A stretch of DNA of 63,617 nt, filler included, from Octopus bimaculoides (lineage: Eukaryota): NCBI RefSeq assembly GCF_001194135.2. It is 7 parts of 7 records of this genome, joined end to end, with 100 filler letters (N's around TTAATTAATTAA, not from the genome) between each part and the next. Parts side by side here need not be neighbours in the genome. Positions count along the whole stretch, not along the records: positions 44,533 to 52,180 come from NC_068981.1; positions 52,281 to 55,927 come from NC_068991.1; positions 56,028 to 57,136 come from NW_026304671.1; positions 57,237 to 61,165 come from NC_068983.1; positions 61,266 to 63,617 come from NW_026351108.1; 2 more parts are not named here. One strand, 5' to 3'. The translations under genes and the position numbers were made by a program. Shown here piece by piece: positions 50,363 through 61,763 of the stretch; within the stretch, counting starts at the first letter, position 1, and each line of letters starts with the position of its first letter. The notes under the pieces are model-generated. The model searched no databases. It saw nothing but the letters and a program-made list of their open reading frames with translations, and was not told the DNA's origin.

Positions 50363-50878
50363 ATGGACATACCTGTGACAAGCTTTAAAGTTCCTACAAG
50401 CATTAATAGACGCCAAGGGGACAGAGATGTTCGTAAGTAAATTTCCTTTGCTAATAGCATGAAGAAAACAATTCCAAGTTCAAATATCAAAGATGTAGTG
50501 GTTGTGTCTAAACGTTATATTTCTGTGATAAGCTTGGAGGTAATTTTAAGCTAAAGATGTAAGCAGACGCAGTTTTTAAATAGCGACTAATTAATATTAT
50601 AATTAACAGTACCTTCATCCTTCAATTTCCAGATGTAATTAGAGAGTATTGTTGTACTTCTTTCTTCTTGTCGAAAACAATAGGTATGTTGGTTGTGTCT
50701 GAATATAAAATCACTCACTGTCTGAGGCCTTCATAACATATTGTATATCGTTGTTTCAGGTGATGACTTTAATGTAGTATATCATACATTTCTTAAGGCA
50801 ATTGCCGTTTATGAAACAAGCGTTATAGTAAAGCAATTTCATGGTGATAACGAGTCGTATATGGCTGATGGGCGCTAA
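50363..50878 (+). CDS. Candidate 3-exon small ORF, 79 aa, unknown product (exons 50363-50432, 50633-50683, 50760-50878)
   Basis: Donors GTAAGT and GTATGT; acceptors TTCAATTTCCAG and TTGTTTCAG; both introns phase 1; frame open to TAA. No homology recognised. Confidence 0.3.
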
Positions 50879-51307
50879 TGTCCTCCAATTAATCTAGTTT
50901 GGGAAAAGAAGAAATAACTGCATGATTTTATCTTACCCTAAAGTAATTCCTATTGAAAACTTTAGGAAACTTACGGCTAGTAATTATGTAGTTACTGTAT
51001 ATATGCATGTAAATTTAAAAAAGAATAAGTAATGTTAGAACTAACGGTTAAACAGGAAGGTGGATTAAACCATAAACCTGCCTTTACCTGGTATTGTATG
51101 AATAAGAAGTTTTTTTTTTCTGAATATATATTGAATTTTAGCTGTGAAGCAATTAAATACGATCAAACGTCCTTTCGGAAGATACTCTGCAAGTTCTCTT
51201 ACTGATATTCCTATTATAATTCTTAATAATAGCAAAAGAGCGAATAAGTGTGCGCACTTAAGTACATGGGTAAGAATGAGTGGGTTTGTATATATAAATA
51301 GATAGAT

Positions 51308-51354
<47 letters not shown>

Positions 51355-51725
51355 GGGAGTTCAAAAAAGAAAAACGACAAAAAAAACAACAAAAAACAAC
51401 AACGCGAGGACGTGATACAGATATTGTGTTACTGGACGCTCAGGAAAGGAAAGAAAGAGAATTTGAGGTTTCGAGCGGTGCTCTTTGTCGGAAATATAGG
51501 AAAGTCCACAGAAGGGAAGACGGAGGAAGAAAAAATCGCCAACGATATACACGAGGTTACATTGTGATGTATATAATAGTGTACAGACAATTTACGTATT
51601 TATAGACAAAAGAGGTGACCGTTAACAGGACACTTTACATGCTAGNNNNNNNNNNTTACATTGTGATGTATATAATAGTGTACAGACAATTTACGTATTT
51701 ATAGACAAAAGAGGTGACCGTTAAC

Positions 51726-51994
51726 AGGACACTTTACATGCTAGAAAGGGCAGTTAAAGTCCAAACCACGAATAAGAGCAATTTCAAAGGGTATGAAAAT
51801 AAAAAAACAATATATTTTTGTAGTTGCCTTCAGACTCGAGTTTCTGTATCAATGTGCAAAATAAATTAATTTGCCATCCGTACTTCTTCAGTGACAGCGC
51901 TAAAATTAATGCATATTTTATTTTCATTCCCTTTGAAATTGCTCTTATTCGTGGTTTAGGCTTTAACTGCGCTTCCTAGCATGTAAGGTGTCCT
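51726..51994. repeat. Foldback element: 79-bp inverted arms, 111-bp spacer with hammerhead
   Basis: Arms 51726-51804 and 51916-51994 are about 90% identical reverse complements. Confidence 0.85.
51826..51898 (-). ncRNA. Putative type I minimal hammerhead ribozyme
   Basis: GCTGTCA-CTGAAGA-A-GTA..TAC-A-GAAAC-TCGA-GTC-TGAAGGC. Stem I has 6/7 pairs, loop III is the palindrome TCGA, and the cleavage triplet is GUC. Confidence 0.65.
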
Positions 51995-52141
51995 AATAAA
52001 GGTCACATATTTCGGGTATAAACACGTAAATTGTTTGTACACTATCATATATGAAAATATGTTGCCTGTTGACATTATAACATATGCTAGCCACCGGTAT
52101 GCGTGTGTGTGTGAGTGTGTGTAGGCATGTATGTATGTATG

Positions 52142-52180
<39 letters not shown>

Positions 52181-52280
52181 NNNNNNNNNNNNNNNNNNNN
52201 NNNNNNNNNNNNNNNNNNNNNNNNTTAATTAATTAANNNNNNNNNNNNNNNNNNNNNNNNNNNNNNNNNNNNNNNNNNNN

Positions 52281-53929
52281 CCTACGTTCGGGCCAAGGGA
52301 ATCGAACGAAGTTCGGTAGATCTTGGCTCGAACGAACGTACGTACGTTCGGGCCAAGTGCAACGAACGAAGTTCCGTTGCACTAGGCTCGAACGAACGTA
52401 CGTACGTTCGGTCCAAGTACAACGAACGAAGTTCCGTTGCACTAGGCTCGAACGAACGTACATACGTTTGGGCCAAGTGCAACGAACAAAGTACCGTATC
52501 TCTTGACTCGAACGAACGTACGTACGTTCGGCCCAAAAGCAACGAACGAAGTTCCGTAGCTCTTGGCTCGAACAAACGTACGTACGTTCGGTCCAAGTAC
52601 AACGAACGAAGTTCCGTAGCTGTTCGCTCGAGCGAACGTACGTACGTTCGGTTCAAGTACAACGNNNNNNNNNNAGTTCCGTAGCTGTTCGCTCGAGCGA
52701 ACGTACGTACGTTCGGTTCAAGTACAACGAACGATGTTCCGTTGCTCTAGGCTCGAACGAACGTACGTACGTTCGGGCCAAGAGCAGCGAACGAAGTTCC
52801 GTAGCCCTAGACTCGAACGAACGTCCGTACGTTCAGGCGAAGTGAAACAACAAAGTTGTGTAGCTCTTGACTTGTACGTACGTACGTACGTTCGGGCCAA
52901 GAGCAACGAACAAATTTCCTTTGCTCTTGGCTCGAACGAACATACNNNNNNNNNNNNNNNNNNNNNNNNNNNNNNNNNNNNNNNNNNNNNNNNNNNNNNN
53001 NNNNNNNNNNNNNNNNNNNNNNNNNNNNNNNNNNNNNNNNNNNNNNNNNNNNNNNNNNNNNNNNNNNNNNNNNNAACGAACGAAGTTCCTTAGCTCTTGG
53101 CTCGAATGAACGTACGTTCGGGCCGAGCGCAACGAACGAAGTTCCGTAGCTCTTGGTTCGATCAAACGTACTTACGTTCAGGCCAAGTGCAACGAACGAA
53201 GTTTCCTAGCTCGTCGCTCGAACGAAATTACGTACGTTCTGGCCAAGAGCAATGAACGAAGTTCCGTAGCTCTTAGCTCGAACGAACGTACGTACGTTCG
53301 CGCCGAGAGCAACGAATGAATTTCCGTAGCTCTTGGCTAGAACGAACGTACGTACGTTCGGGCCAAGAGCAACGAACAAATTTCCTTTGCTCTTGGCTCG
53401 AACGAACATACGTACGTTCGAGCCAAGTGCAACGAACGAAATACCGTAGCTTCGGGCCAAGTGCAACGAACGACGTTCCGTAGCTCTTGGCTCGAACGAA
53501 CGTACTTACTTTCAGGCCAANNNNNNNNNNGTAGCTCTTGGCTCGAACGAACGTACTTACTTTCAGGCCAAGAGCAACGAACGAAGTTCCGTAGCTCTTG
53601 GCTCAAACGAACGTACGTACGTTCGAGCTAAGAGCAATGAAGGAAATTCCGTAGCGCTTGACTCGAACGAACGTACGTAAGTTCGGTTCAAGAGCAGCGA
53701 ACGAAGTTCCGTAGCTCTTGGCTCGAACGAACGTACGTACGTTCGGGCCAAGTACAACGAACGAAATTCCGTAGCTCTTGGCTCGGACGAACGTACGTAA
53801 GTTCGGGTCAAGAGCAGCGAACGAAGTTCCGTAGCTCATGGCTCGAATGAAGGTACGTACGTTCGGGCCAAGAGCAATGAACGAAGTTTCGTAGCTCTTG
53901 GCTCGAACGAACGTACGTACATTCGGGCT
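52281..53929. repeat. 60-bp CpG-rich palindromic satellite (about 25 visible units, interrupted by N gaps)
   Basis: Consensus CTCTTGGCTCGAACGAACGTACGTACGTTCGGGCCAAGAGCAACGAACGAAGTTCCGTAG; the 60-bp period is visible as column alignment in successive lines. Confidence 0.95.
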
Positions 53930-54040
53930 ACTAGGGTATATTTTTCTGATTAAAAATTCGAAGAAATCATAATTAGGTATAAATATGTCATCTATGTATC
54001 TGTAACATCCATTAAGTTGTTTAAGCAAACCCATCGTTTT
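53930..54040 (-). mobile_element. Penelope-like RT catalytic (YIDD) fragment
   Basis: LNGCYRYIDDIFIPNYDFFEFLIRKIYP matches FRYIDD...N..F......IYP. Confidence 0.7.
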
Positions 54041-56089
54041 CCTCGCACATATGTCTTACACTGAGACGGAGAACCACACTACATAAGGAATAGAACCGGT
54101 TCTCTCAATATAAGCAAACTCCCCTCCACCTATAACCTTCCCCCTCTCTCCCCACCTCACGCTTACCACATCTCACCTCCCCACATATCACCTCCCCTCA
54201 CTCTCCATCCCCTTTCAGCTAATCACGTGGAAGCGTTACGGAGAGGCTAAGCAACAGAAGAGCTAGCAGAATTATAATATTTTGAAAAGCATATTTTAAG
54301 TATGACAATTTTTTACTTTACTTTGTATTATATTTGACTATTTACTTATATTATATTTGCAAATTTCCTCCCACTCTCGACAACGTTTCACATATACATA
54401 CATACACACACATACACACATATATATCGATGAAATAATCCAGTGAAATCCGTGAAGGTAGAGCCGGTAGATCCAGTGGTAATCCGGGTGGAGTACTGGT
54501 ATGTAGATGAGGAGAAGTGCTGAAAGTTCGGGAAGTGGTTCAGATATGCAAGTCCAAAGAGTAGGAATTTCAGCCGGGATCAAACTGGGGTAACCACGTG
54601 AGCGTATAATATATTGTTGAAAGTTATAGAAAAACAAAAAAAAAACCAAGATAGGTGTATGAGTAAGGAGCAAGGATATTAGTTGGTTAAAAACAGCTGG
54701 TTAGCTCGGAAAAAATGAAAAAGTCTTTTACGCTGGACTGCTAAAATCTACAAGCTTTTTTCNNNNNNNNNNNNNNNNNNNNNNNNNNNNNNNNNNNNNN
54801 NNNNNNNNNNNNNNNNNNNNNNNNNNNNNNNNNNNNNNNNNNNNNNNNNNNNNNNNNNNNNNNNNNNNNNNNNNNNNNNNNNNNNNNNNNNNNNNNNNNN
54901 NNNNNNNNNNNNNNNNNNNNNNNNNNNNNNNNNNNNNNNNNNNNNNNNNNNNNNNNNNNNNNNNNNNNNNNNNNNNNNNNNNNNNNNNNNNNNNNNNNNN
55001 NNNNNNNNNNNNNNNNNNNNNNNNNNNNNNNNNNNNNNNNNNNNNNNNNNNNNNNNNNNNNNNNNNNNNNNNNNNNNNNNNNNNNNNNNNNNNNNNNNNN
55101 NNNNNNNNNNNNNNNNNNNNNNNNNNNNNNNNNNNNNNNNNNNNNNNNNNNNNNNNNNNNNNNNNNNNNNNNNNNNNNNNNNNNNNNNNNNNNNNNNNNN
55201 NNNNNNNNNNNNNNNNNNNNNNNNNNNNNNNNNNNNNNNNNNNNNNNNNNNNNNNNNNNNNNNNNNNNNNNNNNNNNNNNNNNNNNNNNNNNNNNNNNNN
55301 NNNNNNNNNNNNNNNNNNNNNNNNNNNNNNNNNNNNNNNNNNNNNNNNNNNNNNNNNNNNNNNNNNNNNNNNNNNNNNNNNNNNNNNNNNNNNNNNNNNN
55401 NNNNNNNNNNNNNNNNNNNNNNNNNNNNNNNNNNNNNNNNNNNNNNNNNNNNNNNNNNNNNNNNNNNNNNNNNNNNNNNNNNNNNNNNNNNNNNNNNNNN
55501 NNNNNNNNNNNNNNNNNNNNNNNNNNNNNNNNNNNNNNNNNNNNNNNNNNNNNNNNNNNNNNNNNNNNNTATATATATATATATATATATATATTTGTAT
55601 GTATTTATGTATGTATGTATGTATGTATGTATGTATGTATGTATGTATGTATGCTTGCATGTATGTATGCATGTATTTATCTACGTATGCTTGTGTATTC
55701 GTATACGGTAGACGCACTAACACAATTACAAATATACATATATCTGCGTATGTATCTGCATACATAATTATACAGACGTATATACTTACAAATACACATA
55801 TACCCGATTTCCTAGGCTGTTTTCACAGTCTATCTGCGTTGAAGAATTCCTTTACTTTCTGCAGAACATGTGTGTGTGTGTGTGTGGGTGTGGGTGTGTG
55901 TGTGTGTGGGTGTGGGTGTGTGTGTGTNNNNNNNNNNNNNNNNNNNNNNNNNNNNNNNNNNNNNNNNNNNNTTAATTAATTAANNNNNNNNNNNNNNNNN
56001 NNNNNNNNNNNNNNNNNNNNNNNNNNNGATCTGGCCTCGGACGGTCGTTATATCACAACAGATCACATGCACGGTGTGCGCAAAATCTG

Positions 56090-56960
56090 ACATAAATGGA
56101 CGAAGGAAGAGTAGGATACAGTTATTGAATGTCATGAAAGAGCAAAGCTGGAAAAAAGTCGTGGAGTAGGCCGACGTTCCTTGAAATTTTGGATGGAAAA
56201 GGACGGGTATCCAATGTCAGAAAATAAACTAATGAACCAAGTGGGAGTAATTAGGAGGAACGGTTATTTAACTGGAGTAGAAATATCTCGGATTATCGAG
56301 AGTCTTAGAGACCCTTTGGATGGGCGACAAAGGAGGGTCGGAGTTGAAAACAGAGAGGTAGGATTTGAAAGCAGGGAGAAGAGTAGACAGGAGAAACAAG
56401 GGAATGGTGATGGAGCTGTTACTGTGATACTGTGAAGGGCTGGACATGCAGGGGAATTGAACCAACTATATAATGAAGTACTTGAAATTCAAAGACGACT
56501 CACCGACTTGATGAATGCTCCAGAAGAAAAAAATCCCCATGAATATGAGAAGGGTAGATAGAAGTATGACATATAAAGTAACACAAAAGATAAATACTCC
56601 CATACCAAACATCCAGACGGAGGAAATAACACAAAAAAGGAATATTCTCCGAGCTATTACGCTACTTCTTCAGGAAAAATTACGACGTAAGACAACAAAA
56701 ATGGTGGAGCAAAGGAATCATGGTGGAAACGACGCATTGAAAGTGACATAATGCGGACAAGGCAAGATCTTAGGAAAAACTGAGCAATGGTTAAGAATAA
56801 ATTGGGAAAATGGGAAAAAAGACCGACCGAGAAAAATTAGAGAAGACATATAAAATATGGAAGAACGGGTTTGAAGCGGTTATAGGGCAGTTTCAACAGA
56901 GGATCATGGCGAAAAACCAGAAGATCACAAGCGTATAAAAATTTAGTCCAAATACCATTA
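56090..56960 (+). mobile_element. R4/Dong LINE ORF N-terminal region, degraded
   Basis: KWTKEE*DTVIECHERAK..RG.GRR..FWMEK.GYPMSENKLMNQVGVIRRNGYLTGVEI ... ESWWKRRIESDIMRTRQDL ... VIGQFQQRIMAKNQKI. Confidence 0.75.
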
Positions 56961-57236
56961 ATTACGCATAAGATACAATGTATATTTAAACGCATATGAG
57001 GAATCCACTTATGGGATTCCTTACGCTAGAAAGAACAGCAAGGTTTTAGAACCACAGAATTAGGGTTAAAATCCCAAAAGGAACAAAATGAAAAAGAAAT
57101 CTTTTACCACCTAGATTCCTGGACCAATTGGTTTCTNNNNNNNNNNNNNNNNNNNNNNNNNNNNNNNNNNNNNNNNNNNNTTAATTAATTAANNNNNNNN
57201 NNNNNNNNNNNNNNNNNNNNNNNNNNNNNNNNNNNN

Positions 57237-57271
<35 letters not shown>

Positions 57272-57690
57272 ATGTATACTATGTTAAAATAACTGAAATA
57301 ACACTAATAACAAAGCGTATTTAATAATGACTTCAAATTTTGATTTCACATTTGGTCACTTAATTTTAGCGTGGATTATAGTAATATAATGGATATCAAT
57401 ATATTAGTAATGTATAATGGCTGGAACTTCTTTGATTATTAACGAAAGGGTTAAACACAATCATAATACATACAGATTTTGAACATGGTACAAAGACACA
57501 TCAGACTAAAACATTAGGTACAGTTCGGTAAATTAATACAGTTGAACCATATACGCATATTGTTAATTTTTATCTCCTCTAATATTCATGGAGTGAAATT
57601 GAAAGCTTGCGAACTAAGATTTTGAATATTCAGCAGAATTACAGACATTTGTAGTAGAATTACAGACATTTGAATAATTAATATACATAG

Positions 57691-57732
<42 letters not shown>

Positions 57733-57864
57733 GCACACAAATACACATGCACACACACACATCACACACACACGCACTCACATACATATCACACACACGC
57801 GCACTTACATGCACATCACACACACACACTAACATACACATCACACACGCACTAACATACACAT

Positions 57865-57908
<44 letters not shown>

Positions 57909-57931
57909 CTCACACACACACACATATATAT

Positions 57932-58760
57932 ATATATAGGCCAAACGAAAAACAGCCTGCGTCAACGGATGGCTCTGCACAAATCCCAAATAAAAATTCC
58001 CCCAAACAGAAAAATAGCATCCAGCCAACACATCAATATTTGCGCCAATAATAAAAAATCCTAGTTTCAGAATCTTTCCCTTCTACCAATTCAGAGACGA
58101 TACAACCTACAGCCAAAGAATAAGTAAATAATCTCTCTTCATCACAAAATACAGACCCCTTCTGAACACATCTACAACGAATGACATATCCACCACTACC
58201 TTACAATAAAACACACACAAATATTAAAAATGATAAAGTCCAAATAGATATTCAAGGAATTATTTAAAAATATAAAAAACAACCCCAATCACTACTCACT
58301 CAGCTAGTTACTATCACTCTATTCTACATTTTATTATTACTATTTCTCTCCTCTCCCCATCCCTCATCTTCTCCGTCATCTTTTTCTTCCTTTCCACCAC
58401 CTCCTCCCTTACTTTAGTACTACTACTGCTGTCTAGAATAACACCCACGCAAACATTATAAACAATACAGATCACTACGACCATCAACAGGTCAATGTCA
58501 GGACACCCAACCAATTAACACTCTGCTACTATTATAGCACTCCTTCGTCGAACCCACAAGAGTTAACAAGTGAAACAGAGACAGGCAGAAACAAGAAAAA
58601 TGCCGCTGTTACTTGAATACTATACAAATATGTCTTTAAAAAAATTTTCTTTTAAATTTACCAAAATTTAATTTTTCAATAATTTTTCAAAAATCTATTA
58701 TTCATATTTACTGTTGAAAAGATCTCAAGGATCGAAACCGGTTCTGTAATGTTCTTTATA
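57932..58760 (+). mobile_element. Penelope-like 3' end: GIY-YIG endonuclease plus 3' UTR with degenerate hammerhead at 58711-58743
   Basis: YIGQTKNSLRQRMALHKSQI..SQHINICAN..FRIFPFYQ..FITKYRPLLN; CTGTTGA-AAA-GATC-TCAAG-GATC-GAAAC-CG-GTT. Confidence 0.8.
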
Positions 58761-59124
58761 AAAGTATTTTAGCATTTTCTACTTTGTCTTTTTTCCATAT
58801 ATATATATATATATATATTCAAATATGAATTAGACGGCGATACGGCTTGCAGTGAGTTTTGTTTGATATGTAACATTGATAAGTCAAAACAATGACGAAA
58901 CATCAATGTCTATCACTCCCAAAAGGGGCCTATGTGAGTTGTCTCACTTGACTGTGACTTTCAGGTGGTTCTTTTTTTTTACGCCAGGCGCTCAAAAACC
59001 GCAGCCGACCCACGAACTAACAACACACATGCCTTGTGTATGTGCGTCCGATTTTGTTTATATACATACATACACACACACATACACACACATATACATA
59101 TATGTAAACACAATTATATACATA

Positions 59125-59705
59125 CATGCGGCATGTCCCAGTGAAAACCTCAATAAAATGTAACACAATAGACCTGATATAATGGTTTGGAACAAAGAAG
59201 GGAAACTGTGTAGTTGTGGAAATCAGCTGCCTAACGGATGTTAACATAAAGTTGAAGATCAGCGAAAAAGAGAATATCTACGCTGAACCACTGAGAAATC
59301 TGCAGTTACTCTATCCAGATTACAAGTTCAGGTTTATACCTGTAATTATTAGGGCGCTGGGATATGTGACAGACTGTCTAAATATCAATCTTCAGAAATT
59401 AAGTATCTCAAAACCAGAAAGGAGAAAGTTGATTCGAAGACTATAAATCCAACCCATTACTAGAACTGTAAAAATCTGTAAAATTTCCCGGAGGTTTATC
59501 ATTTAAGTATATATGAGCATGTCTAGATATTCAAGTATATGCATGAAAAGAAATACATAAAACAAAACATACAAATCTGCACATAAATATACATACATGC
59601 GAAAATATCCTGTTGTTGATGTTGAAATTCCAATAAAGGAGCTTTGGATATAGGTTAAAAACCGGCTCTTTCTCTATTGCTAAGAAATCTTGAAATCAAT
59701 CTGAA
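59125..59705 (+). mobile_element. RLE-clade LINE (R4/Dong or NeSL group) 3' end with UTR
   Basis: VKTSIKCN(H)NRPDIMVWNKEGKLC..VEISCLTDVNIKLKISEKENIYAEPLRNLQLLYPDYKFRFIPVIIRALGYV..TRTVKICK. Confidence 0.8.
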
Positions 59706-59726
59706 TAATGACACACATACGTACCT

Positions 59727-59787
<61 letters not shown>

Positions 59788-61064
59788 NNNNNNNNNNNNN
59801 NNNNNNNNNNNNNNNNNNNNNNNNNNNNNNNNNNNNNNNNNNNNNNNNNNNNNNNNNNNNNNNNNNNNNNNNNNNNNNNNNNNNNNNNNNNNNNNNNNNN
59901 NNNNNNNNNNNNNNNNNNNNNNNNNNNNNNNNNNNNNNNNNNNNNNNNNNNNNNNNNNNNNNNNNNNNNNNNNNNNNNNNNNNNNNNNNNNNNNNNNNNN
60001 NNNNNNNNNNNNNNNNNNNNNNNNNNNNNNNNNNNNNNNNNNNNNNNNNNNNNNNNNNNNNNNNNNNNNNNNNNNNNNNNNNNNNNNNNNNNNNNNNNNN
60101 NNNNNNNNNNNNNNNNNNNNNNNNNNNNNNNNNNNNNNNNNNNNNNNNNNNNNNNNNNNNNNNNNNNNNNNNNNNNNNNNNNNNNNNNNNNNNNNNNNNN
60201 NNNNNNNNNNNNNNNNNNNNNNNNNNNNNNNNNNNNNNNNNNNNNNNNNNNNNNNNNNNNNNNNNNNNNNNNNNNNNNNNNNNNNNNNNNNNNNNNNNNN
60301 NNNNNNNNNNNNNNNNNNNNNNNNNNNNNNNNNNNNNNNNNNNNNNNNNNNNNNNNNNNNNNNNNNNNNNNNNNNNNNNNNNNNNNNNNNNNNNNNNNNN
60401 NNNNNNNNNNNNNNNNNNNNNNNNNNNNNNNNNNNNNNNNNNNNNNNNNNNNNNNNNNNNNNNNNNNNNNNNNNNNNNNNNNNNNNNNNNNNNNNNNNNN
60501 NNNNNNNNNNNNNNNNNNNNNNNNNNNNNNNNNNNNNNNNNNNNNNNNNNNNNNNNNNNNNNNNNNNNNNNNNNNNNNNNNNNNNNNNNNNNNNNNNNNN
60601 NNNNNNNNNNNNNNNNNNNNNNNNNNNNNNNNNNNNNNNNNNNNNNNNNNNNNNNNNNNNNNNNNNNNNNNNNNNNTATATATATATATATATGCTATTA
60701 CATATTATTTTGTATTATATTTATATTATATGTGTGTGTGTGTGTGCATACATATATACGACGAGTTTTTTTATTCTCCGTCTACCAAATCTGCTCACAA
60801 GACCAATGTGCAACGCAGTGGGACTGAATCCGGAACTATGTGGATGGGAATCAAGCTTCTTAGCACACAGCCACGCCTATACCTAATAATGTTCTGATAT
60901 ATACATATATCTTTTATCTTTTACTTGTTTCAGTCATTAGATTGCAGCGATGCTGGAGCACCGCGTTGAAGAGCCTTTATTCGAATGAATCAACCCCAGT
61001 ACTTCTTCTTTAAGGCCTGCTACGCAAACACACCAAAATTCATTGTCAAGTCGTGGTGGAGTGA

Positions 61065-61121
<57 letters not shown>

Positions 61122-61728
61122 ATGCACACACAAACACACACGTATATATATATATATATATATATNNNNNNNNNNNNNNNNNNNNNNNNNNNNNNNNNNN
61201 NNNNNNNNNTTAATTAATTAANNNNNNNNNNNNNNNNNNNNNNNNNNNNNNNNNNNNNNNNNNNNTCTACATTAGAAACCGGCTCTTTCTCTATTAGCTA
61301 TGGGAAATAGGGTTGGAGTTGTTAAGGCAATGGTGAGTGATTTGAAATGCTATTGTGTGTGTATGTGTGTATATATGTGAGTATATGTGTGTATGCATGT
61401 ATGTGTGTATGTATGTGCGCGCGCGCGTGTGCGTGTGTGTGGTTCTTAACAGTGTAACTCGAAGTAGATAAAGCCCGTGGACAACGTTCAACTTCTTTTT
61501 TACATGCAAAGGAATTTCTTTTAACCCAAAATATTCTACAGAGATAAAGCTATTTTTCATAGCTTTATCTTCTTCGAGTTCCACCATTAAAAACGATTCA
61601 TTAAATATCTCTTGAAGTCTCTAAAATTCCTATGCTACACACACACACATACACACACACATATACACACACATACACACACACTCACATCTATATATTA
61701 AAGTATATACATATACATAATATACACC

Positions 61729-61763
<35 letters not shown>

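Noticed and set aside
51557-51744. 89-bp direct duplication
   Set aside because: The two copies are identical and flank a 10-N gap, which indicates unmerged contig overlap. The same pattern occurs at ~52664 and ~53520 in the satellite.
52281-53929. CRISPR array or CENP-B box in the palindromic repeat
   Set aside because: No unique spacers and no cas genes. CTTCGTT is present but the TTCG....A..CGGG core is not.
56090-59705. Dong N-terminus and RLE C-terminus as one full-length element
   Set aside because: No RT between them, they are separated by an artificial spacer (57137-57236) and other repeats, and the RLE looks like a different lineage.
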